The notes: generated from the letters alone by a model not told the origin. A DNA stretch of 64,000 nt from an uncultured Myxococcales bacterium (GCA_964480565.1 CAYZSU010000003.1:1415-65414), one strand, 5' to 3'. Positions 45,657-55,910 are shown, counted from the first letter of the stretch. Numbers and translations: made by a program.

Positions 45657-45694
45657 CCCCCACTTCATTATGCATGGAGTGGGGGTTTTGTTTT
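45657..45694 (+). terminator. Rho-independent terminator downstream of ppdK
   Basis: CCCCCACTtcattatgcatggAGTGGGGGttttgtttt. Confidence 0.8.
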
Positions 45695-45845
45695 AAAAAA
45701 ATAACATTGCTAGCAGTAATACTGTGGGTAATGCTTTACACTGCTCATTATTTAATGATATTTAAGTATAAACTTTTTATTCACCCAAGGGATTAGTCAA
45801 GAATAATTTATTTTTGATCATTATTCCAAAAAAGGAGGTTGTTTC

Positions 45846-47102
45846 ATGTCAGATAGTAAGCACAATCCATTTAAAATTGCACAGCAGCAATTGGATGATG
45901 CGGCAAAAATATTAGGGTTGGATGCAGGAACTCATAATGCACTTCGTGAACCGCTTCGCGAACTTCATGTGTCATTGCCTGTAAAAATGGATAATGGGGA
46001 AGTGCGCGTATTTAAAGGGTTTCGCGTGCAATACAATGATGCAAGAGGGCCAACAAAAGGCGGTATTCGTTTTCATCAGGATGAAACAGTCGATACAGTA
46101 CGTGCTCTTGCAGCATGGATGACATGGAAAACTGCAGTTGTGGATATTCCTTTGGGTGGTGGTAAGGGTGGTATTATTTGTAATCCAAAGGAAATGAGTC
46201 CTGGCGAATTGGAGCGATTATCCCGCCAATATATTCGCCAAGTAGGTCGTATGATTGGCTTAGAAAAGGATGTCCCTGCGCCAGATGTTTACACAACACC
46301 ACAAATTATGGCATGGATGATGGATGAATATTCTTGGCAAAAAGGATACAATGTACCGGGTATGATTACTGGAAAGCCTTTGTCCATTGGTGGGTCAAAG
46401 GGCCGCAATGATGCAACAGCTCGCGGCGGTGTGTACTGTGTGCGTGAAGCGGCAAATGTATTAAATATGGATGTGAAAAATGCATCCTATGCGGTGCAAG
46501 GCTTTGGGAATGCAGGTCAATATGCGGCATTGTTGATGGATGAAATTTTGCAGTGTAAAAAATTGGTTGCTGTATCTGATTCTAGAGGTGGCATTTATAA
46601 TCCAGATGGCATCGATGCCAAAGACATTGTGAATCATAAATTACAAACCGGTAAAGTCAGCGGTTTCCCAGGCGCTAAATCAATTACAAATGAAGAACTG
46701 TTGGAATTGGATGTGGATGTCTTATTTCCATCCGCACTTGAAAATTGTATTACTGAAGTAAATGTAGATAATATTAAAGCCAAGATCATTGCAGAGCTTG
46801 CCAATGGTCCGACCACGCCTGAAGCAGACGATGTCTTGCATCGAAAAGGTATTTATGTGATTCCGGATTTCTTGTGTAATGCGGGTGGTGTTACCGTGTC
46901 ATATTTTGAAATGGTGCAAAATACATATAATTTTTATTGGGAACTTCCTGAAGTCCACCGCCGTTTGGATGAAAAAATGACCGCTGCATTTCATGCGGTG
47001 CATGACATGCGTGAAAAACAAAACGTACATAATCGCTTGGCAGCCTATTTGGTATCTGTGCAGCGAGTGGCAGAAGCCATGCATTTGCGCGGATGGGTAT
47101 AG
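45846..47102 (+). CDS. gdhA: Glu/Leu/Phe/Val-family dehydrogenase, probable glutamate dehydrogenase
   Basis: Catalytic lysine region KGGIRFH; dinucleotide-binding GFGNAG; PLGGGKGG. Confidence 0.8.
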   Translation: MSDSKHNPFKIAQQQLDDAAKILGLDAGTHNALREPLRELHVSLPVKMDNGEVRVFKGFRVQYNDARGPTKGGIRFHQDETVDTVRALAAWMTWKTAVVDIPLGGGKGGIICNPKEMSPGELERLSRQYIRQVGRMIGLEKDVPAPDVYTTPQIMAWMMDEYSWQKGYNVPGMITGKPLSIGGSKGRNDATARGGVYCVREAANVLNMDVKNASYAVQGFGNAGQYAALLMDEILQCKKLVAVSDSRGGIYNPDGIDAKDIVNHKLQTGKVSGFPGAKSITNEELLELDVDVLFPSALENCITEVNVDNIKAKIIAELANGPTTPEADDVLHRKGIYVIPDFLCNAGGVTVSYFEMVQNTYNFYWELPEVHRRLDEKMTAAFHAVHDMREKQNVHNRLAAYLVSVQRVAEAMHLRGWV

Positions 47103-47108
47103 CAATCA

Positions 47109-48278
47109 ATGGGCAAAAAAAAAGAATTATCCATCTATATCCATTGCCCATTTTGTGTCCGTAAATGTGATTATTGTGATTTTTATTCGATTACTCAAAC
47201 GGCCTGTACAATTCCTGTGCAGGCCGTTCTTGCTGCGATAAAACGTCAATGGATATATTATCAAAATTCGATTCCGGATCTAATGCAATGTCAGGTAAAG
47301 AGTATTTATTTTGGTGGGGGGACGCCCTCATTATTTCCATCCTATTTTTTTAAAACTATCATTGAGATGATTTCAAATGAATTGGGTCTATCAAAAACAT
47401 GTGAAATTTCATGTGAAATTAACCCAGGTACAATTCGAGATAATTGGTTAAATGAAATCAGAATGCATGGCATTAATCGCATTAGTATTGGGGTGCAGAG
47501 TTTTAATGACCGTTTATTGCAATTGCTAAATAGAGTGCATACATCAGATCAGGCAATGCAAGCAATTGCTCAGTGCCAGGGTGTGGGGTTTGATTCGATT
47601 AGCTTGGATCTTATGTTTGGCCTGCCAACTCAAACAATACCAATGCTTGAAGATGATATGCGCAAGGCCATGACATGTCAGTTGGATCATATATCCGCAT
47701 ATATGCTAATGCTTGAGAAAAATACAGTATTGCACGATCGCATATTATCTGGCGAATTAGACATGTTAAGTGAGGATGCAAGTCTTAATCAATTGCGTAC
47801 ATGTGTGCGAATGATCGAATGCATGGAGCTTAAGCGTTATGAAATTTCCAATTATGCTAAACCTGGATATGAATCGATTCATAATCAGCACTATTGGAAC
47901 TCAGGTGATTATTTGGGATTAGGACCTGCAGCCACATCGTGTATTAGCGGTATCTCAGATCGAAAACGCTGGACACAAGTTGCGGATGTGGATCACTTTT
48001 TAACCCAGAATGAATTTATGCATGATGTGGAAATGTTGAGCCGCAATCAGATAATATCAGAATATTGTTTCTTAAAGTTTCGGCAAATGCAGGGTATTTT
48101 TATTGATGACTTTGAAGAACGATTCCAAGTGTCATTGCTATCATTATTTAGTGCACAAATTGAGCAATTGGAAACACATGCATTGATTGTAAATGACCAG
48201 AAATCTATTGCACTAACTCCAAAAGGCATTGAGCTATCCAATATCGTCTTTGAACAATTTATTTTAGAGTGCTTATGA
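47109..48278 (+). CDS. hemW: Radical SAM heme chaperone HemW (HemN-like, coproporphyrinogen-III-oxidase-like)
   Basis: LSIYIHCPFCVRKCDYCDFYS matches the HemW/HemN Cx3Cx2C motif context; HemN C-terminal domain length. Confidence 0.8.
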   Translation: MGKKKELSIYIHCPFCVRKCDYCDFYSITQTACTIPVQAVLAAIKRQWIYYQNSIPDLMQCQVKSIYFGGGTPSLFPSYFFKTIIEMISNELGLSKTCEISCEINPGTIRDNWLNEIRMHGINRISIGVQSFNDRLLQLLNRVHTSDQAMQAIAQCQGVGFDSISLDLMFGLPTQTIPMLEDDMRKAMTCQLDHISAYMLMLEKNTVLHDRILSGELDMLSEDASLNQLRTCVRMIECMELKRYEISNYAKPGYESIHNQHYWNSGDYLGLGPAATSCISGISDRKRWTQVADVDHFLTQNEFMHDVEMLSRNQIISEYCFLKFRQMQGIFIDDFEERFQVSLLSLFSAQIEQLETHALIVNDQKSIALTPKGIELSNIVFEQFILECL

Positions 48279-48904
48279 ATAGTTCTGTAATTACTGGGTC
48301 GATTGTTTGTATTTTATTGATTGTTCTTTCATCTGCATGCATTAAACCGATCCAAAAAAATCATCTCTTGCTCGAGCGCACATGTGAGCTATATTCAGAA
48401 AATTGGCAAGGTCTTTTCATCAACTACTCAAAGGGAAAAGATGATTTTCTTAAAAAATGTATGCGCAATATAGATGGGCAAAATCTTCTATCCGGCCTTT
48501 GGTCGATTCGCGCCATGTTGCCAGATGGCCATGCGGGTTTTAGTATGGATCAAAAACAATCTGCACAGATATATCCTCTTGTATTTGTATATGATTCCAT
48601 TGGTGAATATATTAAAGTGGGGGCAGTTTTTCAAAAAGCGCTTCAGCCCTATATTGGAAAACGTGTAAGGTCTATTAATGGCCAACTAGCCTTAACTGTA
48701 GTTCAAAAAAGGGCGGCATTGGAGCCTCAATCAACAATACTCAGCAGTATTGAAATTGCAGCTCGAACATTGACTATATCATACAATGGGAAGCCATATA
48801 TAGATTTTTCATCGCATTTGGGTATTGATTTCGATGATGATCAACAATTATTCCTATTGCCATTGAGTTTAGTGGAAATGCGTCATAACAATTACGTAAA
48901 ATAA
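48269..48904 (+). CDS. Hypothetical exported protein (211 aa)
   Basis: N-terminal signal-like hydrophobic segment ITGSIVCILLIVLSSAC; no recognisable motif. Confidence 0.45.
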   Translation: MLMNSSVITGSIVCILLIVLSSACIKPIQKNHLLLERTCELYSENWQGLFINYSKGKDDFLKKCMRNIDGQNLLSGLWSIRAMLPDGHAGFSMDQKQSAQIYPLVFVYDSIGEYIKVGAVFQKALQPYIGKRVRSINGQLALTVVQKRAALEPQSTILSSIEIAARTLTISYNGKPYIDFSSHLGIDFDDDQQLFLLPLSLVEMRHNNYVK

Positions 48905-48926
48905 ACGTGTTTTTTTATAATGGGCC

Positions 48927-49070
48927 TGTTGAAAAATGGACAATTTGTGGGGTTGGTCAAAAATGCCCAGATTCAAGGCGCCCGCAAATCCGCAACCGGA
49001 GCGTACACGAAAGTACGTGAGGATTGCGGGTGCAGCGGGAAACACCGAAGATGGGCGTTTTTCAACAACC
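48927..49070. repeat. Structured about 140-bp intergenic element with partial terminal inverted repeats (tgttgaaaaa...tttttcaaca; ggggttg...caacccc) and nested internal hairpins; its 5' 40 bp is copy B of the motif at 9931..9970
   Basis: Inverted terminal matches and internal stems gcccgcaaatcc/ggattgcgggtgc and gcgtac-acgaaa-gtacgt read directly in the sequence. Confidence 0.5.
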
Positions 49071-49165
49071 CCATAATTGAATTTATGGTTTATTAACATT
49101 TAGATAATATCCTAAAACCCACCATTCGACTCATTTAAAAGTTATCAGACTATAGTACAAATACT

Positions 49166-49200
49166 GCGTCATTGCGAGGAGCGAAGTGACGAAGCAATTC
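49166..49200. repeat. Second copy of the palindromic-repeat arm (gcgtcattgcgaggagcgaagtgacgaagcaattc)
   Basis: 32/35 identity with the reverse complement of 12631..12665. Confidence 0.65.
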
Positions 49201-49360
49201 AGCCCGTTTTTTCTGGACCCACTTTGCTGAGCTAAAGGCCGTTTCGCTATATTTTACTTTTGTGGGGTTACCCTGGTATTATTCCTTCAACTGCCGTACA
49301 TTTAGAAATCGATAGTTTCTTCTTTGAACAAATCGCTTCTATACGCACAGTGGGAATCTA

Positions 49361-49381
49361 TTTTGAGGGCAGTTCCATAAA
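49361..49381. repeat. 21-bp perfect direct repeat ttttgagggcagttccataaa (left copy) flanking tRNA-Met
   Basis: Identical to 49546..49566. Confidence 0.8.
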
Positions 49382-49426
49382 GGCCTTGCATGATTTTAAG
49401 AAATATGCGATATGCGCGTGGCGATT

Positions 49427-49500
49427 GGCTGGGTAGCTCAGGCGGTTAGAGCGGAGGATTCATAACCCTCAGGTCGGCGGTTCGATCCCGCCCTCAGCCA
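49427..49500 (+). tRNA. tRNA with CAT anticodon (elongator Met or Ile2/lysidine type), 74 nt
   Basis: GGCTGGG acceptor paired with CTCAGCC; GCTC/GAGC D-stem; anticodon loop TTCATAA; T-arm GGCGG-TTCGATC-CCGCC; G1-C72 paired (not initiator-like). Confidence 0.8.
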
Positions 49501-49503
49501 CAA

Positions 49504-49535
49504 AGCGCTTAAGGGTGACTTAAGCGCTTTTTTTA
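49504..49535 (+). terminator. Rho-independent terminator downstream of tRNA-Met
   Basis: AGCGCTTAAGggtgaCTTAAGCGCTttttttt. Confidence 0.8.
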
Positions 49536-49545
49536 ATCATGGGCG

Positions 49546-49566
49546 TTTTGAGGGCAGTTCCATAAA
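49546..49566. repeat. 21-bp perfect direct repeat ttttgagggcagttccataaa (right copy)
   Basis: Identical to 49361..49381. Confidence 0.8.
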
Positions 49567-49589
49567 TGAAATTTCAATAGAGCTGATTT

Positions 49590-50201
49590 ATGACTACAAA
49601 TATATATATGAACCCCAAATCTCCTCATTTGCCCGACAGTCATATGCCACAGATACCGAGCAATGCGTGTATTCACAGCCATGCAATTGTGATCGGCAAT
49701 GTGATCATTGGTGAATCTGTGATGGTGGCTCCATTTGCATCAATACGCGCGGATGAAGGGGCGCCATTTTATATTGGTGATCGAAGCAATGTGCAAGATG
49801 GTGTGGAGATTCATGCATTGGAAGTGTGCGGGGATCATTATGATGGCAATACTATGGTAGTAGGTGATAGCCATTATGCCGTCTATATTGGTTCAGATGT
49901 ATCCTTGGCGCATCAAAGCCAGGACCATGGCCCAGCGGTTGTGCATGATAACTGCTTTATTGGCATGCAATGCTTGGTGTTTCGTTCGCAGGTGAATTCA
50001 GGATGCGTGTTAGAGCCCGGTGCCAAGGCTATTGGTGTGACTATTCCTAAAGGACGTTATATCCCTGCAGGTCAAGTGATTACAATGCAAGATCATGCCG
50101 ATGCATTGCCTGTGATTGATGAAAGTTATGCGCTTCGTAAGTTGAATCAGGGTGTTGTGACTGTTAATTGTGCATTGGCAAATGCATATCAAGATGTTTA
50201 G
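49590..50201 (+). CDS. Gamma-class carbonic anhydrase / hexapeptide-repeat (left-handed beta-helix) family protein
   Basis: IHSHAIVIGNVIIGESVMVAPFASIRADEGAPFYIGDRSNVQDGVEIHA matches the gamma-CA/YrdA-like family. Confidence 0.7.
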   Translation: MTTNIYMNPKSPHLPDSHMPQIPSNACIHSHAIVIGNVIIGESVMVAPFASIRADEGAPFYIGDRSNVQDGVEIHALEVCGDHYDGNTMVVGDSHYAVYIGSDVSLAHQSQDHGPAVVHDNCFIGMQCLVFRSQVNSGCVLEPGAKAIGVTIPKGRYIPAGQVITMQDHADALPVIDESYALRKLNQGVVTVNCALANAYQDV

Positions 50202-50231
50202 GGCTAATCCCCATATGGATTGAGGTGTATA

Positions 50232-51533
50232 GTGCAACCTATACTTGCTATTGTTGGTCGACCCAATGTAGGAAAATCACGGCTGTTTAATCGTATTGTC
50301 GGAAAAAATAAAGCGATTGTTGCGGATGAAGCAGGCGTTACCAGGGATCGTCACTATGGGCATGCGCAGTGGAATGGGCATGATTTTAGGGTGATTGATA
50401 CGGGTGGTTTGGACATGGATACGGAAGTACGCTTGGACAAGCATATTTCAGACCAAAGTATCAAAGCCATTCATGAAGCCGATGTGATTGTTGCTCTTTT
50501 TGATGGTCAAGTTGATCCCAGTGCGGCAGATTTAGATATCGTGAGAGAATTGCGAAAAGTGCCTACACCTATTTTTTTTACAGTGAATAAAGTAGATACG
50601 GTTACTCATCTTGGACGCGAGAATTCGTATTATGAGCTGGGAGTTGACAAACTTTACCCAGTGTCAGCCGAACATGGCCTTGGCTTGGCAGATTTGTTGG
50701 ATGAAATTGTTCAGGTGTTTTCAAAGCCAGAGGATGTGACTGACTCCACGGATCAGCCCTGTACCATTTCGATTATTGGCAAACCCAATGTGGGTAAGTC
50801 CACATTGCTTAATCGCTTTGCAGGTGAGGATCGTGTGATTACTGATAATCAAGCAGGAACCACACGGGATGCCATTGATATTGAATTGGAATTTGCTGGG
50901 AAAAAATATATCTTTATCGACACCGCAGGTGTGAATCGTCGATTTCAAGTGCGTGAGCGTTTGGAAAAATGTACGGCTATTCGCAGTTTAAAAGTGATCG
51001 ATCGATCTCAGATTGTCATACAATTAATTGATGCGATGGAGGGTTTGACAAAGCAGGACTTGCACTTAGCGGGTTATATTCGTGAGCAAGGGCGTGGGTC
51101 ATTATTTTTAATTAATAAATGGGATCAAATTAATATGCCCTGGGATGAATGCGAGCGTGAGCTTCGAAAAGGCATGGGCGAATTATACGATTTACCCATG
51201 ATGCCAATATCAGCAAAAACAGGATATAATTGTCTTCAAATTTTTAAAGAATTGGGTAAGCTGTATAAGGCATTGTCTACACGATTATCCACATCACAAC
51301 TTAATGAAATTATAGATAATGCATTGACTGCGCATCATTTGCCTGTTCATCGTGGTCGATCGGTGCAGATTAAATATGCAACACAAGTGAATATTCTGCC
51401 ACCCACAGTATGTGTGTTTTCTAATTTTCCAAAAGCAATTCCCGAACATTATAAGCGATATTTAAAAAAACATATTATTGAGGCCATTGGCTTACCTGGA
51501 ATTCCAGTACGTTTAATTTGTAAACGGAAATAA
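50232..51533 (+). CDS. der: Ribosome-biogenesis GTPase Der (EngA), two GTPase domains plus KH-like C-terminus
   Basis: LAIVGRPNVGKS and ISIIGKPNVGKS P-loops; DTGG/DTAG; NKWD; probable GTG start at 50232 with RBS gaggtg. Confidence 0.9.
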   Translation: MQPILAIVGRPNVGKSRLFNRIVGKNKAIVADEAGVTRDRHYGHAQWNGHDFRVIDTGGLDMDTEVRLDKHISDQSIKAIHEADVIVALFDGQVDPSAADLDIVRELRKVPTPIFFTVNKVDTVTHLGRENSYYELGVDKLYPVSAEHGLGLADLLDEIVQVFSKPEDVTDSTDQPCTISIIGKPNVGKSTLLNRFAGEDRVITDNQAGTTRDAIDIELEFAGKKYIFIDTAGVNRRFQVRERLEKCTAIRSLKVIDRSQIVIQLIDAMEGLTKQDLHLAGYIREQGRGSLFLINKWDQINMPWDECERELRKGMGELYDLPMMPISAKTGYNCLQIFKELGKLYKALSTRLSTSQLNEIIDNALTAHHLPVHRGRSVQIKYATQVNILPPTVCVFSNFPKAIPEHYKRYLKKHIIEAIGLPGIPVRLICKRK

Positions 51534-51535
51534 TT

Positions 51536-52351
51536 ATGATGATTTTAACAGGTATTATAACAAATTTTTTTAAACATCAGTGCTTGAGCAAAGCAGAAAA
51601 TATCGCATTTTGCGCACTTTTGGCCATGATTCCCATTGCAATGTTGGTGGTATCTATTGCAGGTTATTTTTTAGGTATATCCAATGATGCACTGGTACTT
51701 ATTGCTAATATGGCCACGGATTTTTTTCCAGTAGGCCGGGAATTTTTTATTGCCAACTTGCAATCCATTGTGGATCAGCGATCATCGCTCAGTATTTTTA
51801 GCGTTATTTTTTTGATTTTTGTTGCCATGATTTTAATGGCAACGATTGAGCGAATGTTGGATGATATTTTCGACACGGTATCTCGCAGAAATTTCTTTCA
51901 TTCACGCCTTCTAGGAATTGCTATTATTTTTTGGGTAACGCTGTTATTTTCATTGCCACCCATGGTCAGTATTTTGGAAACACTATTTCATAATTATGGT
52001 TTTGGCATTCCATTGTCAGCTTGGATGACAGGAAAAGTTTATTTCTTTTTAGTGGCCCTTTTTTCATACACTATGATGATTTTGATTATACCCAATCGAA
52101 AGATTTATTTTCGGTATGCATTTGCGGGCGGAATTTTCTTTGCAATTGGTATTGTCTGTGCGCGTCTTATCTATCAGTGGTATATGGCCTTTGCGATTGA
52201 CCGGTATAATATTATTTATGGATCATTATCTGCGGTCATTTTATTTCTTATTTGGATTTATTATATGTCGGTAGTTATTTTATTAGCTGCAGAAGTCGTT
52301 GCACAGCTTCAATTTAGTTTATGCTTTCATAAACGATTGAAGTCATCATAG
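51536..52351 (+). CDS. YihY/BrkB-family inner membrane protein (putative)
   Basis: About 6 TM helices; 270 aa; N-terminal pattern AENIAFCALLAMIPIAMLVVSI resembles the YihY family. Confidence 0.5.
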   Translation: MMILTGIITNFFKHQCLSKAENIAFCALLAMIPIAMLVVSIAGYFLGISNDALVLIANMATDFFPVGREFFIANLQSIVDQRSSLSIFSVIFLIFVAMILMATIERMLDDIFDTVSRRNFFHSRLLGIAIIFWVTLLFSLPPMVSILETLFHNYGFGIPLSAWMTGKVYFFLVALFSYTMMILIIPNRKIYFRYAFAGGIFFAIGIVCARLIYQWYMAFAIDRYNIIYGSLSAVILFLIWIYYMSVVILLAAEVVAQLQFSLCFHKRLKSS

Positions 52352-52359
52352 GAGATATT

Positions 52360-53880
52360 ATGGAGCGAGTACAGCGTGCCAAGTGGGGCAGTCGAACGGG
52401 TTTTTTATTGGCAGCTATTGGATCTGCTGTTGGTCTTGGAAATATCTGGCGATTTCCATATATTGCATATAAAAATGGCGGTGGCGCATTTTTAATTCCA
52501 TATATTGTGGCATTGATTTTAGTTGGTGTACCGCTGTTGATTGCTGAGCAAGGCTTAGGTCATTATTTTAACGCCTCTGCGCCGCTTTCTTTTTACCGTA
52601 TTCGACGATCTTTAGAGTGGATTGGCTGGTGGCCAGTATTGCTAATTATGTTTGGTATTATGTTATACTATACGGTGGTCATGGGCTGGTGTATCAATTA
52701 TTTATTTTATTCGATTGATTTGTCATGGGGAAATAATGTGGAGAGTTTTTTTCTCAATGATTTTCTAGGCATTTCATCAAATCCCTTTGAGCTGGGTTCT
52801 ATTCGATGGGATATCTTAGGTTCAACTTTTTGCGTGTGGGCAATATTGGCATTTGTGGGTATTAAGGGTGTTAACAAAGGGCTTGAGCGCATTAATAAAA
52901 TCTGTGTGCCATTGTTATTAGTGCTCATGTTGACTATGATGGTGTGGATTTTATTTTTACCTGGATCCACTCAAGGTATGATATCGCTGTTAACACCAGA
53001 TACCAGCCGACTAACGGATCTTACCGTTTGGACCGATGCCTTTTCACAGGTGTTTTTTAGCTTATCTTTGGCGTTTGGTATTATGATCGCATATGCGAGC
53101 TATTTGGGCAAAAATCCACAGATTGTAGAAAATTCATGGATTACAGCTATAGCAGATAGTGGATTTGCTATTTTTGCAGGTCTTGTAGTGTTTGGAACAT
53201 TGGGTGTGATGGCTTCCACACAAGGTGTTAATATGTCAGATGTTGTTAAAGGTGGCCCTGGTTTGGCATTTATTATTTATCCTCAAGCGATTAGCTTATT
53301 ACCGTTTGGGTCCTCATTCTTTGGAATATTGTTTTTTTCTGCATTACTATTTGCTGGAATAACCTCTGCAGTATCCATTGTGGAGGCATTTGTCAGTGCA
53401 GTTACAGATAATTTTAAGCTATCGCGTAACTCCGTTGTATTGGTATTATGCGGGCTTGGTTTTTTGGGAAGCACTATATTTACAATGAGTTCTGGATTGT
53501 ATTGGTTGGATATTGTCGATCATTTTTTGAATAATTTTGGATTATTGGCGATTGGGTTATTAGAAGCCATTGCCATCGCATGGTTTTTAGGAACAAAGCG
53601 TATTTGCAATCATGTAAATATGGGAGGTACGTTTCATATTGGCCGTTATTGGTCGATTTGTTTGCGATTTATTATACCTATTGTATTGATAGCTATGTTG
53701 GTGTTGGCTGTGATTAAGGATGTGTCTACACCATATGAAGGGTATAGTTGGACTGCATTGATTGGCATTGGCATTGTGTGGTTTGGATTAATCGTAATTG
53801 CAGCGATTGCGATGAGTGTGATTGCGCAAAAACGTCGTCACGATCATCATATAAGGGTATCTAATGTACACAGTGAGTAA
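52360..53880 (+). CDS. Sodium-dependent transporter, NSS (neurotransmitter:sodium symporter) family
   Basis: WGSRTGFLLAAIGSAVGLGNIWRFPYIAYKNGGGAFLIPY is the NSS TM1 signature; 12 TM segments. Confidence 0.85.
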   Translation: MERVQRAKWGSRTGFLLAAIGSAVGLGNIWRFPYIAYKNGGGAFLIPYIVALILVGVPLLIAEQGLGHYFNASAPLSFYRIRRSLEWIGWWPVLLIMFGIMLYYTVVMGWCINYLFYSIDLSWGNNVESFFLNDFLGISSNPFELGSIRWDILGSTFCVWAILAFVGIKGVNKGLERINKICVPLLLVLMLTMMVWILFLPGSTQGMISLLTPDTSRLTDLTVWTDAFSQVFFSLSLAFGIMIAYASYLGKNPQIVENSWITAIADSGFAIFAGLVVFGTLGVMASTQGVNMSDVVKGGPGLAFIIYPQAISLLPFGSSFFGILFFSALLFAGITSAVSIVEAFVSAVTDNFKLSRNSVVLVLCGLGFLGSTIFTMSSGLYWLDIVDHFLNNFGLLAIGLLEAIAIAWFLGTKRICNHVNMGGTFHIGRYWSICLRFIIPIVLIAMLVLAVIKDVSTPYEGYSWTALIGIGIVWFGLIVIAAIAMSVIAQKRRHDHHIRVSNVHSE

Positions 53881-54015
53881 TTGACACTACTATAGGCCTC
53901 TGTTAGGAATCGGGACAATGTACATAGCAATGGAATTGGATTGTCCATAAAATAGGCTTTTTTGTTATTCCAAAGGGCAACTCCAAAATAGAAATTAATC
54001 GTTGAAGGGAATATT

Positions 54016-54714
54016 ATGGCAACATACAAGCGACAACCGCGTACAAAAAAACACATTACTCAGCAAGATGAGTTTATTAATTGGTCAGTCAGATCCTATC
54101 AATGGATGCAAAGTCATTGGAAAACTGTATTGGAGGTTGTTGGCCTCATTGTATTTATATTTATTGTATCAGTAGGTGCGAATAGTTATTCGGAGTGGAA
54201 GCAAAATAAAGCCGCAAAAATATTTTTTGACATCAACCAAGTGGATTATTCGGATGATGAAAAAATAGCACAATTAAATACTTTTTTAAAAAACTATGCC
54301 CAGACATTTGCAGGGCGACAGGCATTAATGACATTGGGAAATCTGTATTTTAAATTGGAAAAATATGACGATGCAGCAAAATCGTTTACGCGTTTGGCAG
54401 ATGCGGCTCATAATCAACCCATTCTTTATATTGCATCATTACATCGCCAAGCAGAGAGTTTAATAAAGCAAACGCAATACAAAAAAGCAGCGGATACATA
54501 TTTAATCGCTGCTGCAAGTCCACATAATCAGATTGCTTTGAATAGTCGTTATTTAGCCGCAACATGCTATGAGCGTGATGGTGCATTTAAAGATGCTCAT
54601 AAATTGTATGAAAAAATTATTAGCAATGCATCAGATGATGATCAAGATATAAAAAATAAAAGCGAGGATCGTATTCTATGGCTTATGGCTCACAACAAAT
54701 TGTCAGACAAGTAG
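54016..54714 (+). CDS. YfgM-like membrane-anchored TPR-like protein (putative)
   Basis: Basic N-terminus; single TM WKTVLEVVGLIVFIFIVSVG; helical-repeat periplasmic domain; followed by a BamB-like gene, as in the yfgM-bamB arrangement. Confidence 0.5.
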   Translation: MATYKRQPRTKKHITQQDEFINWSVRSYQWMQSHWKTVLEVVGLIVFIFIVSVGANSYSEWKQNKAAKIFFDINQVDYSDDEKIAQLNTFLKNYAQTFAGRQALMTLGNLYFKLEKYDDAAKSFTRLADAAHNQPILYIASLHRQAESLIKQTQYKKAADTYLIAAASPHNQIALNSRYLAATCYERDGAFKDAHKLYEKIISNASDDDQDIKNKSEDRILWLMAHNKLSDK

Positions 54715-55910
54715 TCGGAATTGCTGTTACAGCATTGTTTTTACTTTCTCCGCAGATACTTTATGCCGCGAAAAAATATGTGCCACCACCTAAAACTCAT
54801 TTTTTAAGTTGGGAATCCTTGCGGCGACCATATGAATATCGTCGATATAAAAAGCAAGTGCAGTCCAAACGGAAATTTGAATTTAAGCGTTTTCGAGTGA
54901 TAAAATTTAAAAATAATGGGTTTATTAATTTTAATCCTATTGAAATGGCGACGCCTGTATTTTCATCCGATAATGCAATTGCATATGTGGGTGCGAGTAT
55001 GGGTCGATTTTATGCATTGGATATGAAGCAATCAAAAAAGAAATGGGCCACAGCGCTTAATGGATCTGTTCATTCAAGTGCAGTATTAGGATCAACATAT
55101 ATCTATGTCGGTGATGCAAAAGGGTATGTGTACTCATTAAATCAAAATAATGGGCAGCGCCAGTGGCACACTCAGTTGGACACAAGCGTATTATCCACTC
55201 CCCTATTATATAAAGATAATTTATATGTCATGTCGTCCTCTGGTCGATTGTATGCATTAAATAAGGATACCGGCATTCGGCAATGGCATACAGATGCTAT
55301 GGAAAAGGCCATCGGACTTTCTATCCATGGTAATGCCTCGCCGATTCGATATTTGGATAGTATCATTATTGGGACGCCAATAGGGACCTTGATTGCATAT
55401 GATTATAAAAATGGTCAGGTAAAATGGGTGCGTCAATTATCATCCCGACAAAATGAGTTTCACGATATTCACAGTACGCCAACATTATTCAATGACATGC
55501 TCTATGTGACTACAGCTGAAGGGAAATTGTTTAATATTAATCCAAAAAATGGGCATATTGCTTGGGACATGTTTGTGGGTGGATCCAATCAACCGATCAT
55601 CCATGATGATCGGATATATGTGAGTGGAGAAAATAGATTAACAGCGCTGAATCGTTTAACTGGTAAAATAGTATGGCAACAGGAATTTGATAACCATGGA
55701 TTGTCTGTTCCTGTGATCGGTAATGATTATTTGGCCATTTCATCCTCCATGGATCGTTTATATATCATTGATCCAAGTACAGGTGCAATTGCAGGGTATC
55801 GATATATTCGAAAAGGAAGTCTTGGCAATCCTGTGATCGTAAATGAAAAATTGTATGTGCTATCCAATAGTGGGCATTTCTTTGCATTTGGTATCCATGA
55901 AGTAAAGTAA
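54678..55910 (+). CDS. PQQ-like beta-propeller repeat protein, BamB-like outer-membrane assembly factor (putative)
   Basis: Repeated PQQ-like blocks (W-x-x-x-L/V...G-x-L-Y-A-L/F...G-x-x-x-W); signal peptide; 5' overlap with the previous gene. Confidence 0.6.
   Translation: MAYGSQQIVRQVVGIAVTALFLLSPQILYAAKKYVPPPKTHFLSWESLRRPYEYRRYKKQVQSKRKFEFKRFRVIKFKNNGFINFNPIEMATPVFSSDNAIAYVGASMGRFYALDMKQSKKKWATALNGSVHSSAVLGSTYIYVGDAKGYVYSLNQNNGQRQWHTQLDTSVLSTPLLYKDNLYVMSSSGRLYALNKDTGIRQWHTDAMEKAIGLSIHGNASPIRYLDSIIIGTPIGTLIAYDYKNGQVKWVRQLSSRQNEFHDIHSTPTLFNDMLYVTTAEGKLFNINPKNGHIAWDMFVGGSNQPIIHDDRIYVSGENRLTALNRLTGKIVWQQEFDNHGLSVPVIGNDYLAISSSMDRLYIIDPSTGAIAGYRYIRKGSLGNPVIVNEKLYVLSNSGHFFAFGIHEVK

Noticed and set aside
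49427-49500. Calling the CAT-anticodon tRNA the initiator tRNA-fMet
   Set aside because: Position 1:72 is a G-C pair, whereas bacterial initiators have a mismatch. The three consecutive G-C pairs at the base of the anticodon stem are also not clearly present. It is an elongator Met or an Ile2 type; these cannot be distinguished by eye.
54678-54714. 37-bp overlap between the YfgM-like and BamB-like ORFs as a frameshift or pseudogene signal
   Set aside because: It is more likely that the BamB-like gene starts at a downstream initiation codon than the ORF-track start. Both reading frames carry intact family features.
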